A DNA stretch of 64,000 nucleotides from Eledone cirrhosa (taxonomy: Eukaryota). The stretch is from assembly GCA_964016885.1 (NCBI GenBank), contig OZ024741.1:405542001-405606000 (forward strand), given 5' to 3'. The translations under genes and the position numbers were made by a program. Below, in pieces: positions 30,001 through 45,000 of this stretch. The notes beneath the pieces were generated by a model, which was not told where the DNA came from, did not search any database, and worked only from the letters and a program-made list of their open reading frames with translations. Within the stretch, counting starts at the first letter, position 1, and every line of letters starts with the position of its first letter.

Positions 30001-33000
30001 AGTTTAGGTAATTACGTTAGGTACATTACAGTAGGTACATTACAGTAGGTACATTACATTAGGTACATTACAGTAAGTTCATTGCAGTAGGGTATATTAC
30101 AGTAGGGTACATTAGGTTAGGTACATTACAGTAGGTACATCAGGTTAGGTACATTATAGTAGGTATACATTACAGTAGGTAAATTATAGTAGATACATTA
30201 TAATAGGGTACATTCGGTTAGGTACATTACAGTAGATACATTATAGTAGGGTACATTAGGTTAGGTACATTACAGTAGGTACATTATGTTAGGTATATTA
30301 CAGTAGGTACATTACAATAGGTACATTACAGTAGGGTGCATTACAGTAGGTACATTATAGTAGATACATTATAGTAGGGTACATTAGGTTAGGTACATTA
30401 CAGTAGGTACATTACAGTAGGTACATTACGTTAGCTACGTTACAGTAGGTACATTAGGTTATGTACCTTACAGTAGGTACATTACAATAGCTACATTACA
30501 ATAGGTACATTACAGTAGGTACATTACAATATATATTTTACAGTAGGGTACATTAGGTTAGGTACATTACATTAGGGTACATTAGGTTAGGTACATTAGT
30601 GTAGGTACATTAGCTAAGGTACATTACAGTAGGTAGATTACGGTAGGTACATTACTGTAGGGTACATTAGGTTAGGTACATTAGGGTAGGTGCATTACAA
30701 TAGGTACATTACAGTAGGTACATTACAGTAGGGTACATTACAGTAGGTACATTACATTAGGTACATTACAATAGGTACATTACAGTAGGGTACATTAGGT
30801 TAGGTACATTACAGTAGGTACATTACAGTAGGTACATTGGGTTAGGTACATTACACTAAGTACATTAGGTTAGGTACATTACAGTAGGTACATCAGGTTA
30901 GGTACATTATAGTAGGTATACATTACAGTAGGTACATTATAGTAGATACATTATAATAGGGTACATTCGGTTAGCTACATTACAGTAGATACATTATAGT
31001 AGGGTACATTAGGTTAGGTACATTACAGTAGGTACATTATGTTAGGTATATTACAGTAGGTACATTACAATAGGTACATTACAGTAGGGTGCATTACAGT
31101 AGGTACATTATAGTAGATACATTATAGTAGGGTACATTAGGTTAGGTACATTACAGTAGGTACATTACAGTAGGTACATTACGTTAGCTACGTTACAGTA
31201 GGTACATTAGGTTATATACATTACAGTAGGTACATTACAATAGCTACATTACAATAGGTACATTACAGTAGGTACATTACAATAGATATTTTACAGTAGG
31301 GTACATTAGGTTAGGTACATTACAGTAGGGTACATTAGGTTAGGGACATTAGTGTAGGTACATTAGCTAAGGTACATTACAGTAGGTACATTACGGTAGG
31401 TACATTACAGTAGGGTACATTAGGTTAGGTACATTAGGGTAGGTGCATTACAATAGGTACATTACAGTAGGGTACATTACAGTAGGTACATTACATTAGG
31501 TACATTACAATAGGTACATTACAGTAGGGTACATTAGGTTAGGTACATTACAGTAGGTACATTACAGTAGGTACATTGGGTTAGGTACATTACACTGGGT
31601 ACATTAGGTTAGGTACATCACAGTAGGGTACATTACAGTATGGTACATTAGGTTAGGTACATTACAGTAGGTACATTAGGTTAGGTACATAATAGTAGGG
31701 TACATTAGGTTAGATACATTACAGTAGGTACAATACAGTAGGTACATAACATTAGGTACGTTGGATTAGGTACATTAGAGTAGGTACATTAGGTTAGGTA
31801 CATTACAGTAGGGTGCATTAGGTTAGGTACATTAGGTTAGGTATATTACAGTAGGGTACATTACAGTAGGTACATTACAGTAGGGTACATTAGAGTAGGT
31901 ACATTAGGTTAGGTACATTACAGTAGGTACATTAGGTTAGGTACATTACAGTAGGGTGCATTACAGTAGGTTCATTAAAGCTGTTACATTAGGTTAGGTA
32001 CATTACAGAAGGTACATTAGGTTAGGTACATTACAGTAAGGTACATTAGCTTAGTTACGTTACAGTAGGTACATTACAGTAAGTTCATTGCAGTAGGTTA
32101 TATTACAGTAGGGTACATCGGGTTAGGTACATTACAGTAGGTACATTAGGTTAGGTACATTACAGTAGGGTACATTACAGTAGGGTACATTACAGTAGGT
32201 ACATTAGTTTAGGTACATTACAGTAGGAATATTATAGTAGGTACACTATAGTAGCTACATTACAGTAGGCATATTACAGTAGGTGCATTACAGTAGGTAC
32301 ATTACAGTAGATACATTAGGTTAGGTACATTACAGTAGGTACATTAAAGTAGGTACATTGCAGTAGGTACATTAGGTTAGGTACATTACAGTATGTACAT
32401 TAGGTTAGGTACATTACAGTATGTACATTAGGTTAGGTACATTACAGTAGGTACATTACAGTATGTACATTACAGTAAGCACATTAGGTTAGGTACATTA
32501 CAGTAGGGTACATTAGGTTAGGTACATTACAATAGGTACATTACAGTAGGTACATTGGGTTAGGTACATTACAGTGGGTACACTACAGTAGGTACATTAG
32601 GTTAGGTACATTACAGTAGGTACATTAGGTTAGATTCATTACAGTAGGTACATACATTACAGTAGGTACATTAAGTTAGGTACATTATAGTAGGTATATT
32701 AGTTTAGGTACATTACAGTAGGTACATTACAGTAGGTACAATAGTTTAGGTACATTACAGTAGGAATATTATAGTAGGTACACTATAGTAGCTACATTAC
32801 AGTAGATATATTACAGTAGGTGCATTACAGTAGGTACATTACAGTAGGTACATTAGGTTAGGTACATTACAGTAGGTACATTAAAGTAGGTACATTACAG
32901 TAGGTACATTAGGTTAGGTACATTACAGTATGTACATTAGGTTAGGTACATTACTGTAGGTACATTACAGTATGTACATTACAGTAAGTACATTAGGTTA

Positions 33001-36000
33001 GGTACATTACAGTAGGGTACATTAGGTTAGGTACATTACAATAGGTACATTACAGTATGTACATTACAGTAAGTACATTAGGTTAGTTACATTACAGTAG
33101 GGTACATTAGGTTAGGTACATTACAATAGGTACATTACACTAGGTTCATTACAGTGGGTAATTAGGTTAGGTACATTACAGTAGGTACATTACAGTATGG
33201 TACATTACACTAGGTGTATTACAGTACGGTACATTAGGTTAGGTACTTTACAGTAGGTACATTAGGTTAGGTACATTACAGAGCTACATTACAGTAGGTA
33301 CATTACAGTAGGTACATTAGGTTAGGTATATTACAGCAGGTACCTCACAGTAAGTACATTAGGTTAGGTACATTAGGTGAGGTACATTACAGTAGGTACA
33401 TTAGGTTAGGTACATTACAGTAGGTACATTAGGTCATGTACGTTACAGTAGGTACATTACAATAGGTACATTATGTTAGGTACGTTACACTAGGGTACAT
33501 TACAGTAGGTACATTACAGTAGGTACATTACAGTAGGGACATTACAGTAGGTACATTAGGTTAGGTACATTACATTAGGTACTTTACAGTAGGGTACATT
33601 ACAGTACGGTCATTACTGTAGGTTATATTAGCTTAGGTACATTACAGTAGGTACATTACAGTAGGTGTATTAATGTAGGGTATATTAGTTTAGGTACATT
33701 ACAGTAGGAACATTACAGTAGGGTACATTATAGTAGGTACATTACAGTAGGTACATTACAGTAGGTACATTACAGTAGGTTACATTACAATAGGTACATT
33801 AGGTTAGGTACATTACACTAAGTACTTTACAGTAGGTAGATTGCAGTAGGGTACATTACACTAGGTACTTTACAGTAGGTACATTACAGTATGGTACATT
33901 ACAGTAGGTACATTATGTTAGGTACATTACACTTGGTACATTACAGTAGGTACATTACAGTAGGTACATTACAGTGGGTACATTTGGTTAGGTACATTAC
34001 AGTAGGTACATTAGTTTAGGTACATTACAGTAGGTACATTAGGTTAGGTACATTACAGTAGGTACATTACAGTAGATATTTTACAGTAAGGTACATTAGG
34101 TTTAGGTACATTACAGTAGGGTACATTCGGTTTAGGTACATTACAGTAGGTACATTATAATAGGTACATTACAGTAGGGTGCATTACAGTACGGTACATT
34201 AGGTTAGGTACATTACAGTAGGTACCTCACAGTAAGTACATTAGTTTAGGTACGTTACACTAGGGTACATTACAGTAGGTACATTAGGTTAGGTACATTA
34301 CAGTAGGTACATTAGGTTAGGTACATTACAGTAGGTACATTAGGTTAGGTACATTACAGTAGGTACATTAGGTTAGGTACATTACAGTAGGTACATTATT
34401 GTAGGGTACATTATAGTAGGTACATTACAGTAGGTAATTAGGTTAGGTACATTACAGTAGGTACATTACAGTAGGGTACATTACAGGAGGTTCATTACTG
34501 TAGGGTATATTAGATTAGGTACATTACAGTAGGTACATTACAGTAGGTGCATTACTGTAGGGTATATTAGCTTAGGTACATTACAGTAGGAACATTACAG
34601 TAGGGTACATTATAGTAGGTACATTAGGTTGGGTACATTACAGTAGGTACATTACAGTAGGTACATTACAGTAGGGTACATTACAGTAGGTACATTAGGT
34701 TAGGTACATTACAGTAGGGTACATTACAGTAGGAATATAATAGTAGGTACACTATAGTAGCTACATTACAGTAGATATATTACAGTAGGTGCATTACTGT
34801 AGGAACATTAGGTTATGTACATTACAGTAGGTACATTAAAGTAGGTACATTACAGTAGGTACATTAGGTTAGGTACATTACAGTATGTACATTAGGTTAG
34901 GTACATTACAGTAGGTACATTTTAGTATGTACATTACAGTAAGTACATTAGGATAGGTACATTACAGTGGGTACATTAGATTAGGTACATTACAGTAGGT
35001 ACATTAGGTTAGGTACATTACAGTAGGTACATTAAAGTAGGTACATTAGGTTAGGTACATTACAGTAGGTACATTACAGTAGGTACATTACAGTAGGTAC
35101 ATTATAGTAGGGAACATTAGGTTAGGTACATTACAGCAGGTACATTACAGTATATATTTTACAGTAGGGTACATTAGGTTAGGTACATTACAGTAGGTAC
35201 ATTACAGTAGATACATCACAGTAGGTACTTTACAGTAGGTACATTACAGAAGGGTACATTAGGTTAAGGTACATTACAGTAGGTACATTATAATAGGTAC
35301 ATTACAGTAGGGTGCATTACAGTACGGTACATTAGGTTAGGTACATTACAGTAGTTACCTCACAGTAAGTACATTAGGTTAGGTACATTAGGTTAGGTAT
35401 ATTACAGTAGGGTACATTACATTAGGTACATTACAGTAGGGTACGTTACAGTAGGTACATTCAGTTAGGTACATTACAGTAGGGTGCATTAGTTTAGGTA
35501 CATTACAGTAGGTACATTGGGTTAGGTACATTACAGTAGGGTAAATTAGGTAGGTACATTAAAGTAGGGTACATTACAGTAGTTACATTACAGTAGGTAC
35601 ATTAGGTGAGGTACGTTACACTAGGGTACATTACAGTAGTTACATTACAGTAGGTACATTAGGTGAGGTACGTTACAGTAGGTACATTACAGTAGGGTAC
35701 ATTACAGTAGGTACATTACAGAAGGTACATTACAGTAGGTACATTACAGTAGGGTACATTAGGTTAGGTACATTAGAGTAGGTACATTACAGTAGGTACA
35801 TTAGGTTAGGTACATTACAGTAGGTACATTAGGTTAGGTACATTACAGTAGGTACATTATTGTAGGGTACATTATAGTAGGTACATTACAGTAGGTAATT
35901 ATGTTAGGTACATTACAGTAGGTACATTACAGTAGGGTACATTACAGGAGGTTCGTTACTGTAGGGTATATTAGATTAGGTACATTACAGTAGATACATT

Positions 36001-39000
36001 ACAGTAGATACATTACAGTAGGTGCATTACTGTAGGGTATATTAGCTTAGGTACATTACAGTAGGAACATTACAGTAGGGTACATTATAGTAGGTACATT
36101 ACAGTAGGTACATTACAGTAGGGTACATTACAGTAGGTACATAGGTTAGGTACATTACAGTAGGTACATTAGGTTAGGTACATTACAGTAGGTACACTGC
36201 AGTAGGTACATTAGGTTAGGTACGTTACAGTAGGTACATTAGGCTAGGTACATTACAGTAGGTACATTAGCTTAGGTACATTATAGTAGGTACATTACAG
36301 TAGGATACTTTACACTAGGTACATTACAGTAGGGTACATTAGCTTAGGTACATTATAGTAGGTACATTACAGTTGGGTACATTACACTAGGTTCATTACA
36401 GTGGGTAATTAGGTTAGGTACATTACAGTAGGTACATTACAGTATGGTACATTCCAGTAGGGTACATTACAATAGGTATATTACAGTAGGGTATATTACA
36501 GTATGGTACATTAGGTTAGGTACGTTACAGTAGGTACATTAGGTTAGGTACATTACAGAGCTACATTACAGTAGGTACATTACAGTAGGTACATTAGGTT
36601 AGGTATATTACAGCAGGTACCTCACAGTAAGTACATTAGGATAGGTACATTAGGTGAGGTACATTACAGTAGGGTACATTACAGTAGGTACATTAGGTTA
36701 GGTACGTTACAGTAGGTACATTACAATAGGTACATTATGTTAGGTACGTTACACTAGGGTACATTACAGTAGGTACATTACAGTAGGTACATTACAGTAG
36801 GGTACATTAGTTTAGGTACATTAGATTAGGTACATTACAGTATGTACATTACAGTAAGTACATTAGGTTAGGTACATTACAGTAGGGTACATTAGGTTAG
36901 GTACATTACAATAGGTACATTACAGTAGGTACATTAGGTTAGGTACATTACAGTAGGTACCTCACAGTAAGTACATTAGGTATGTACAGTAGGTACATTA
37001 GGTTAGGTACGTTACAGTAGGTACATTAGGTTAGATTCATTACAGTAGGTACATACATTACAGTAGGTACATTAAGTTAGGTACATTATAGTAGGTATAT
37101 TAGTTTAGGTACATTACAGTAGGTACATTACAGTAGGTACAATAGTTTAGGTACATTACAGTAGGAATATTATAGTAGGTACACTATAGTAGCTACATTA
37201 CAGTAGATATATTACAGTAGGTGCATTACAGTAGGTACATTACAGTAGGTACATTAGGTTAGGTACATTACAGTAGGTACATTAAAGTAGGTACATTACA
37301 GTAGGTACATTAGGTTAGGTACATTACAGTATGTACATTAGGTTAGGTACATTACAGTAGGTACATTACAGTATGTACATTACAGTATGTACATTAGGTT
37401 AGGTACATTACAGTAGGGTACATTAGGTTAGGTACATTACAATAGGTACATTACAGTAGGTACATTAGGTTAGGTACATTACAGTGGGTACATTAGGTTA
37501 GGTACATTACAGTAGGTACACTGCAGTAGGTACATTAGGTTAGGTACGTTGCAGTAGGTACATTAGGCTAGGTACATTACAGTAGGTACATTAGCTTAGG
37601 TACTTTATAGTAGGTACATTACAGTAGGATACATTACACTAGGTACATTACAGTAGGGTACATTAGCTAAGGTACATTATAGTAGGTACATTACAGTTGG
37701 GTACATTACACTATGTTCATTACAGTGTGTAATTAGGTTAGGTACATTACAGTGGGTACATTACAGTATGGTACATTACAGTAGGTGTATTACAGTACGG
37801 TACATTAGGTTAGGTACTTTACAGTAGGTACATTAGGTTAGGTACATTACAGAGCTACATTACAGTAGGTACATTACAGTAGGTACATTAGGTTAGGTAT
37901 ATTACAGCAGGTACCTCACAGTAAGTAAATTAGGATAGGTACATTAGGTGAGGTACATTACAGTAGGGTACATTACAGTAGGTACATTAGGTTAGGTACC
38001 TTACAGTAGGTACATTACAATAGGTACATTATGTTAGGTACGTTACACTAGGGGACATTACAGTAGGTACATTACAGTAGGTACATTACAGTAGGTACAT
38101 TACAGTAGGGTACATTAGTTTAGGTACATTAGATTAGGTACATTACAGTAGGTACATTAGTTTAGGTACATTAAAGTAGGTACATTAGGTTAGGTACATT
38201 CGAGTAGGTACATTACAGTAGGTACATTAGGGTAGGTACATTACAGTAGGGTACATTACAGTAGGTACATTAGGTTAGGTACATTACACTAGGCACTTTA
38301 CAGTAGGGTACATTACAGTAGGTTCATTACTGTAGGGTATATTAGCTTAGGTACATTAGAGTAGGTACATTACAGTAGGTGCATTACTGTAGGGTATATT
38401 AGCTTAGGTACATTAGAGTAGGTACATTACAGTAGGTGCATTACTGTAGGGTATATTAGTTTAGGTACATTACAGTAGGAACATTACAGTAGGGTGCATT
38501 ATAGTAGGTACATTATGTTAGGTACATTACAGTAGGTACATTACAGTAGGGTACATTACAGTAGGTACATTAGGTTAGGTACATTACACTAAGTACTTTA
38601 CAGTAGGTACATTGCAGTAGGGTACATTACACTAGGTACATTACAGTAGGTACATTACGGTATGGTACATTACAGTAGGTACATTAGGTTAGGTACATTA
38701 CACTTGGTACATTACAGTAGGTACATTACAGTAGGTACATTACAGTGGGTACATTAGGTTACGTACATTACAGTAGGTACATTAGGTTAGGTACATTCCA
38801 GTAGGTACATTAAAGTAGGTACATTAGGTTAGGTACATTACAGTAGGTACATTACAGTAGGTACATTATAGTAGGGAACATTAGGTTAGGTACATTACAG
38901 TAGGTACATTACAGTAGATATTTTACAGTAGGGTACATTAGGTTAGGTACAATACAGTAGGTACATTACAGTAGATACATTACAGTAGGTACTTTAGAGT

Positions 39001-42000
39001 AGGTACATTACAGTAGGGTACATTAGGTTTAGGTACATTAGAGTAGGTACATTATAATAGGTACATTACAGTAGGGTGCATTACAGTACGGTACATTAGG
39101 TTAGGTACATTACAGTAGGTACCTCACAGTACGTACATTAGGTTAGGTACATTAGGTTAGGTATATTACAGTAGGGTACGTTACATTAGGTACATTACAG
39201 TAGGGTACGTTACAGTAGGTACATTCAGTTAGGTACATTACAGTAGGGTGCATTACAGTAGGTTCATTACAGCAGGTACATTAGTTTAGGTACATTACAT
39301 AGGTACATTGGGTTAGGTACATTACAGTAGGGTAAATTAGGTAGGTACATTAAAGTAGGGTACATTAAAATAGGGTACATTACAGTAGTTACATTACAGT
39401 AGGTACATTAGGTTAGGTACGTTACACTAGGGTACATTACAGTACGTACATTACAGTAGATACATTACAGTAGGTACATTACAGTAGGTACATTACAGTA
39501 GTTACATTACAGTAGGGTACATTAGGTTAGGTACATTAGAGTAGGTACATTACAGTAGGTACATTAGGTTAGGTATATTACAGTAGGTACATTAGGTTAG
39601 GTACATTACAGTAGGTACATTATTGTAGGGTACATTATAGTAGGTACATTACAGTAGGTAATTATGTTAGGTACATTACAGTAGGGTACATTACAGTAGG
39701 TACATTAGGTTAGGTACATTACACTAGGTACTTTACAGTAGGTACATTATGTTAGGTACATTACAGTAGGAATATTATAGTAGGTACACTATAGTAGCTA
39801 CATTACAGTAGGTATATTACAGTAGGTGCATTACAGTAGGTACATTACAGTAGGTAAATTAGCTTAGGTACATTACAGTAGGTACATTAAAGTAGGTACA
39901 TTACAGTAGGTACATTAGGTTAGGTACATTACAGTATGTACATTAGGTTAGGTACATTACAGTATGTACATTACAGTAGGTACATTACAGTATGTACATT
40001 ACAGTAAGTACATTAGGTTAGGTACATTACAGTAGGGTACATTAGGTTAGGTACATTACAATAGGTACATTACAGTAGGTACATTAGGTTAGGTACATTA
40101 CAGTAGCTACACTACAGTAGGTACATTAGGTTAGGTACGTTACAGTAGGTACATTAGGTTAGATTCATTACAGTAGGTACATACATTACAGTAGGTACAT
40201 TAAGTTAGGTACATTATAGTAGGTATATTAGTTTAGGTACATTACAGTAGGTACATTACAGTAGGTACATTATAGTAGGGAACATTAGTTTAGGTACATT
40301 ACAGTAGGTACATTACAGTAGATACTTTACAGTAGGGTACATTAGGTTAGGTACATTACAGTAGGTACATTACAGTAGATACATTACAGTAGGTACATTA
40401 CAGTAGGTACATTACAGTAGGGTACATTAGGTTAGTTACATTACAGTAGGAAGATTACAGTATGTACATTACAGTAGGTACATTACAATAGGTACATTAC
40501 AGTAGGGTGCATTACAGTACGGTACATTAGGTTAGGTACATTACAGTAGGTACCTCACAGTAAGTACATTAGGTTAGGTACATTAGGTTAGGTATATTAC
40601 AGTAGGGTACATTACAGTAGGTACATTACAGTAGGGTACATTAGAGTAGGTACATTAGGTTAGGTACATTACAGTAGGTACATTAGGTTAGGTACATTAC
40701 AGTAGGGTGCATTACAGTAGGGTGCATTACAGTAGGTTCATTAAAGCTGTTACATTAGGTTAGGTACATTACAGAAGGTACATTAGGTTAGGTACATTAC
40801 AGTAAGGTACATTAGGTTAGTTACGTTACAGTAGGTACATTACAGTAAGTTCATTGCAGTAGGTTATATTACAGTAGAGTACATTGGGTTAGGTACATTA
40901 CAGTAGGTACATTAGGTTAGGTACATTACAGTAGGTACATTACACTAGGTTCATAAGGTTAGATACATTACAGTAGGTACATTACAGTATGTACATTACA
41001 GTAGGTACGTTAGTTTAGGTACATTACAGTAGGTACATTAGGTTAGGTACATTACAGTAGGTACATTACGTTAGGTACATTACAGTAGGTACATAACAGT
41101 ATGTACATTACAGTAGGTACATTAGGTTAGGTACATTACAGTAGGGTATATTAGGTTAGGTACTTTACAGTAGGTACATTAGGTTAGGTACATTACAGTA
41201 GGTACATTAGGGTAGGTACATTACAGTAGGTACATTAGGTTAGGTACATTACAGTAGGTACATCACAGTAGGTACATTACAGTAAGTTCATTACAGTAGG
41301 GTATATTACAGTAGGGTACATTAGGTTAGGTACATTACAGTAGGTACATTAGGTTAGATACATTACAGTAGGTATATTACAGTATGTACATTACAGTAGG
41401 TATATTAGGTTAGGTACATTACAGTAGGTACATTGGGTTAGGTACTTTACAGTAGGTACATTAGGTTAGGTTCATTACAGTAGGTACATACATTACAGTA
41501 GGTATATTAAGTTAGGTGCATTATAGTAAGTATATATTACAGTAGGTACATTACAGTAGATACATTATAGTAGGGTACATTGGTTTAGGTACATTACAGT
41601 AGGGACATTACAGTAGATACATTATAGTAGGGTACATTAGGTACATTACAGTATGTACATTAGAATAGGTACATTACAGTAGGGTGCATTACAGTAGGTA
41701 CATTAGGTTAGGTACGTTACATTAGGTACATTACAATAGGTACATTAGGTTAGGTACGTTACAGTAGGGTACATTACAGTAGGTACATTACAGTAGTTAC
41801 ATTACAGTTGATACATTACAGTAGGGTACATTAGGATAGGTACATTACAGTAGGTACATTATAGTAGGTACATTAGGTTAGGTACATTACACTAGGTACA
41901 TTAGGTTAGGTACATTGCAGTATGTGCATTATGTTAGGTACATTATAGTAGGTACATTAGGTTGGATACATTAGCTTAGGTACATTACAGTAGGTACATT

Positions 42001-45000
42001 ACAGAAGGGTACATTAGATTAGGTACATTATAGTAGGCAAATTACAGTAGGGTACATTACACTAGGTACATTGCAGTAGGTACATTAAAGTAGGGTACAT
42101 TAGCTTAGGTACATTATAGTAGGTACATTACAGTAGGGTACAATACACTAGGTACATAACAGTAGGTAATTAGGTTAGGTACATTACAGTAGTTACATTA
42201 CAGTAGGTGCCTTACAGTACGGTACATTAGGTTAGGTACATTACAGAGGTACATTACAGTAGGTACATTACAGTAGGTACATTAGGTTAGGTACATTACA
42301 GCAGGTACCTCACAGTAAGTACATTAGGTTAGGTACATTACACTAGGGTACATTACAGTAGGTACATTACAGTAGGTAGATTACAGTAGGGTACATTACA
42401 GTAGTTACATTATGTTAGGTACATCACAGTAGGTACATTACTGTAGGGTATATTAGCTTATGTACATTACAGTAGGTACATTACAGTAGGGTACTTTAGC
42501 TTAGGTACATTATAGTAGGTACATTACAGTAGGGTACATTACAATAGGTACATTTCAGTAGGTACGTTATAGTAGGGTACATTAGCTTAGGTACATTATA
42601 GTAGGTACATTACAGTAGGGTACAATACACTAGGTACATAACAGTAGGTAATTAGATTAGGTTACTTTACAGTGGGTACATTACAGTATGGTACGTTACA
42701 GTAGGTACATTAGGTTAGGTACATTACAGAGGTACATTACAGTAGGTACATTACAGTAGGTACATTAGGTTAGGTACATTACAGCAGGTACCTCACAGTA
42801 AGTACATTAGGTTAGGTACATTAGGTTAGGTACATTACAGTAGGGTACATTACATTAGGGTACATTACAGTAGGTACGTTACAGTAGGTACATTATGTTA
42901 GGTGCATCACAGTAGGAACATTACTGTAGGTACATTACAGTAGGTATATTACATTAGGTACATTAGATTAGGTACATTACAGTAGGTACATTACAGTAGG
43001 TACATTACTGTAGGGTATTTAGCTTATGTACATTACAGTAGGTACATTACAGTAGGTATATTACATTAGGTACATTAGATTAGGTACATTACAGTAGGTA
43101 CATTACAGTAGGTACATTACTGTAGGGTATTTAGCTTATGTACATTACAGTAGGTACATTACAGTAGGTACATTATAGTAGGGTACATTAGCTTAGGTAC
43201 ATTATAGTAGGTACATTACAGTAGGGTACATTACACTAGGTACATTTCAGTAGCTACATTATAGTAGGGTACATTAGCTTAGGTACATTATAGTAGGTAC
43301 ATTATAGTAGGGTACAATACACTAGGTACATAACAGTAGGTAATTAGGTTAGGTACATTACAGTAGGTACATTACAGTATGGTATGTTACAGTAGGTGCC
43401 TTACAGTACGGTACATTAGGTTATGTACTTTACAGTAGGTACATTAGGTTAGGTACATTACAGCAGATACCTCACAGTAAGTACATTAGGTTAGGTACAT
43501 TTCAGTAGGGTACATTACAGTTGGTACATTACAGTAGGTACATTACAGTAGGTATATTACAGTAGGTACATTAGGTTAGGTACATTACAGTAGGAACATT
43601 ACAGTAGGGTACATTATAGTACGTACTTTAAGTAGGTAATTAGGTTAGGTACATTACAGTAGGTACATTACAATAGGGTACATTACAGTCGGTTCATTAC
43701 AGCAGGTACATTAGGTTCGGTACATTACAGTAGGTACATTAGGTTAGGTACATTACAGTAGGGTACATTAGGTTAGGTACATTACAGTAGGTACATTACA
43801 GTAGGTAAATTAGTTTAGGTAATTACGTTAGGTACATTACAGTAGGTACATTACAGTAGGTACATTACATTAGGTACATTACAGTAAGTTCATTGCAGTA
43901 GGGTATATTACAGTAGGGTACATTAGGTTAGGTACATTACAGTAGGTACATCAGGTTAGGTACATTATAGTAGGTATACATTACAGTAGGTAAATTATAG
44001 TAGATACATTATAATAGGGTACATTCGGTTAGGTACATTACAGTAGATACATTATAGTAGGGTACATTAGGTTAGGTACATTACAGTAGGTACATTATGT
44101 TAGGTATATTACAGTAGGTACATTACAATAGGTACATTACAGTAGGGTGCATTACAGTAGGTACATTATAGTAGATACATTATAGTAGGGTACATTAGGT
44201 TAGGTACATTACAGTAGGTACATTACAGTAGGTACATTACGTTAGCTACGTTACAGTAGGTACATTAGGTTATGTACCTTACAGTAGGTACATTACAATA
44301 GCTACATTACAATAGGTACATTACAGTAGGTACATTACAATATATATTTTACAGTAGGGTACATTAGGTTAGGTACATTACAGTAGGGTACATTAGGTTA
44401 GGTACATTAGTGTAGGTACATTAGCTAAGGTACATTACAGTAGGTAGATTACGGTAGGTACATTACTGTAGGGTACATTAGGTTAGGTACATTAGGGTAG
44501 GTGCATTACAATAGGTACATTACAGTAGGTACATTACAGTAGGGTACATTACAGTAGGTACATTACATTAGGTACATTACAATAGGTACATTACAGTAGG
44601 GTACATTAGGTTAGGTACATTACACTAGGTACATTACAGTAGGTACATTGGGTTAGGTACATTACACTAAGTACATTAGGTTAGGTACATTACAGTAGGT
44701 ACATCAGGTTAGGTACATTATAGTAGGTATACATTACAGTAGGTACATTATAGTAGATACATTATAATAGGGTACATTCGGTTAGCTACATTACAGTAGA
44801 TACATTATAGTAGGGTACATTAGGTTAGGTACATTACAGTAGGTACATTATGTTAGGTATATTACAGTAGGTACATTACAATAGGTACATTACAGTAGGG
44901 TGCATTACAGTAGGTACATTATAGTAGATACATTATAGTAGGGTACATTAGGTTAGGTACATTACAGTAGGTACATTACAGTAGGTACATTACAGTAGGT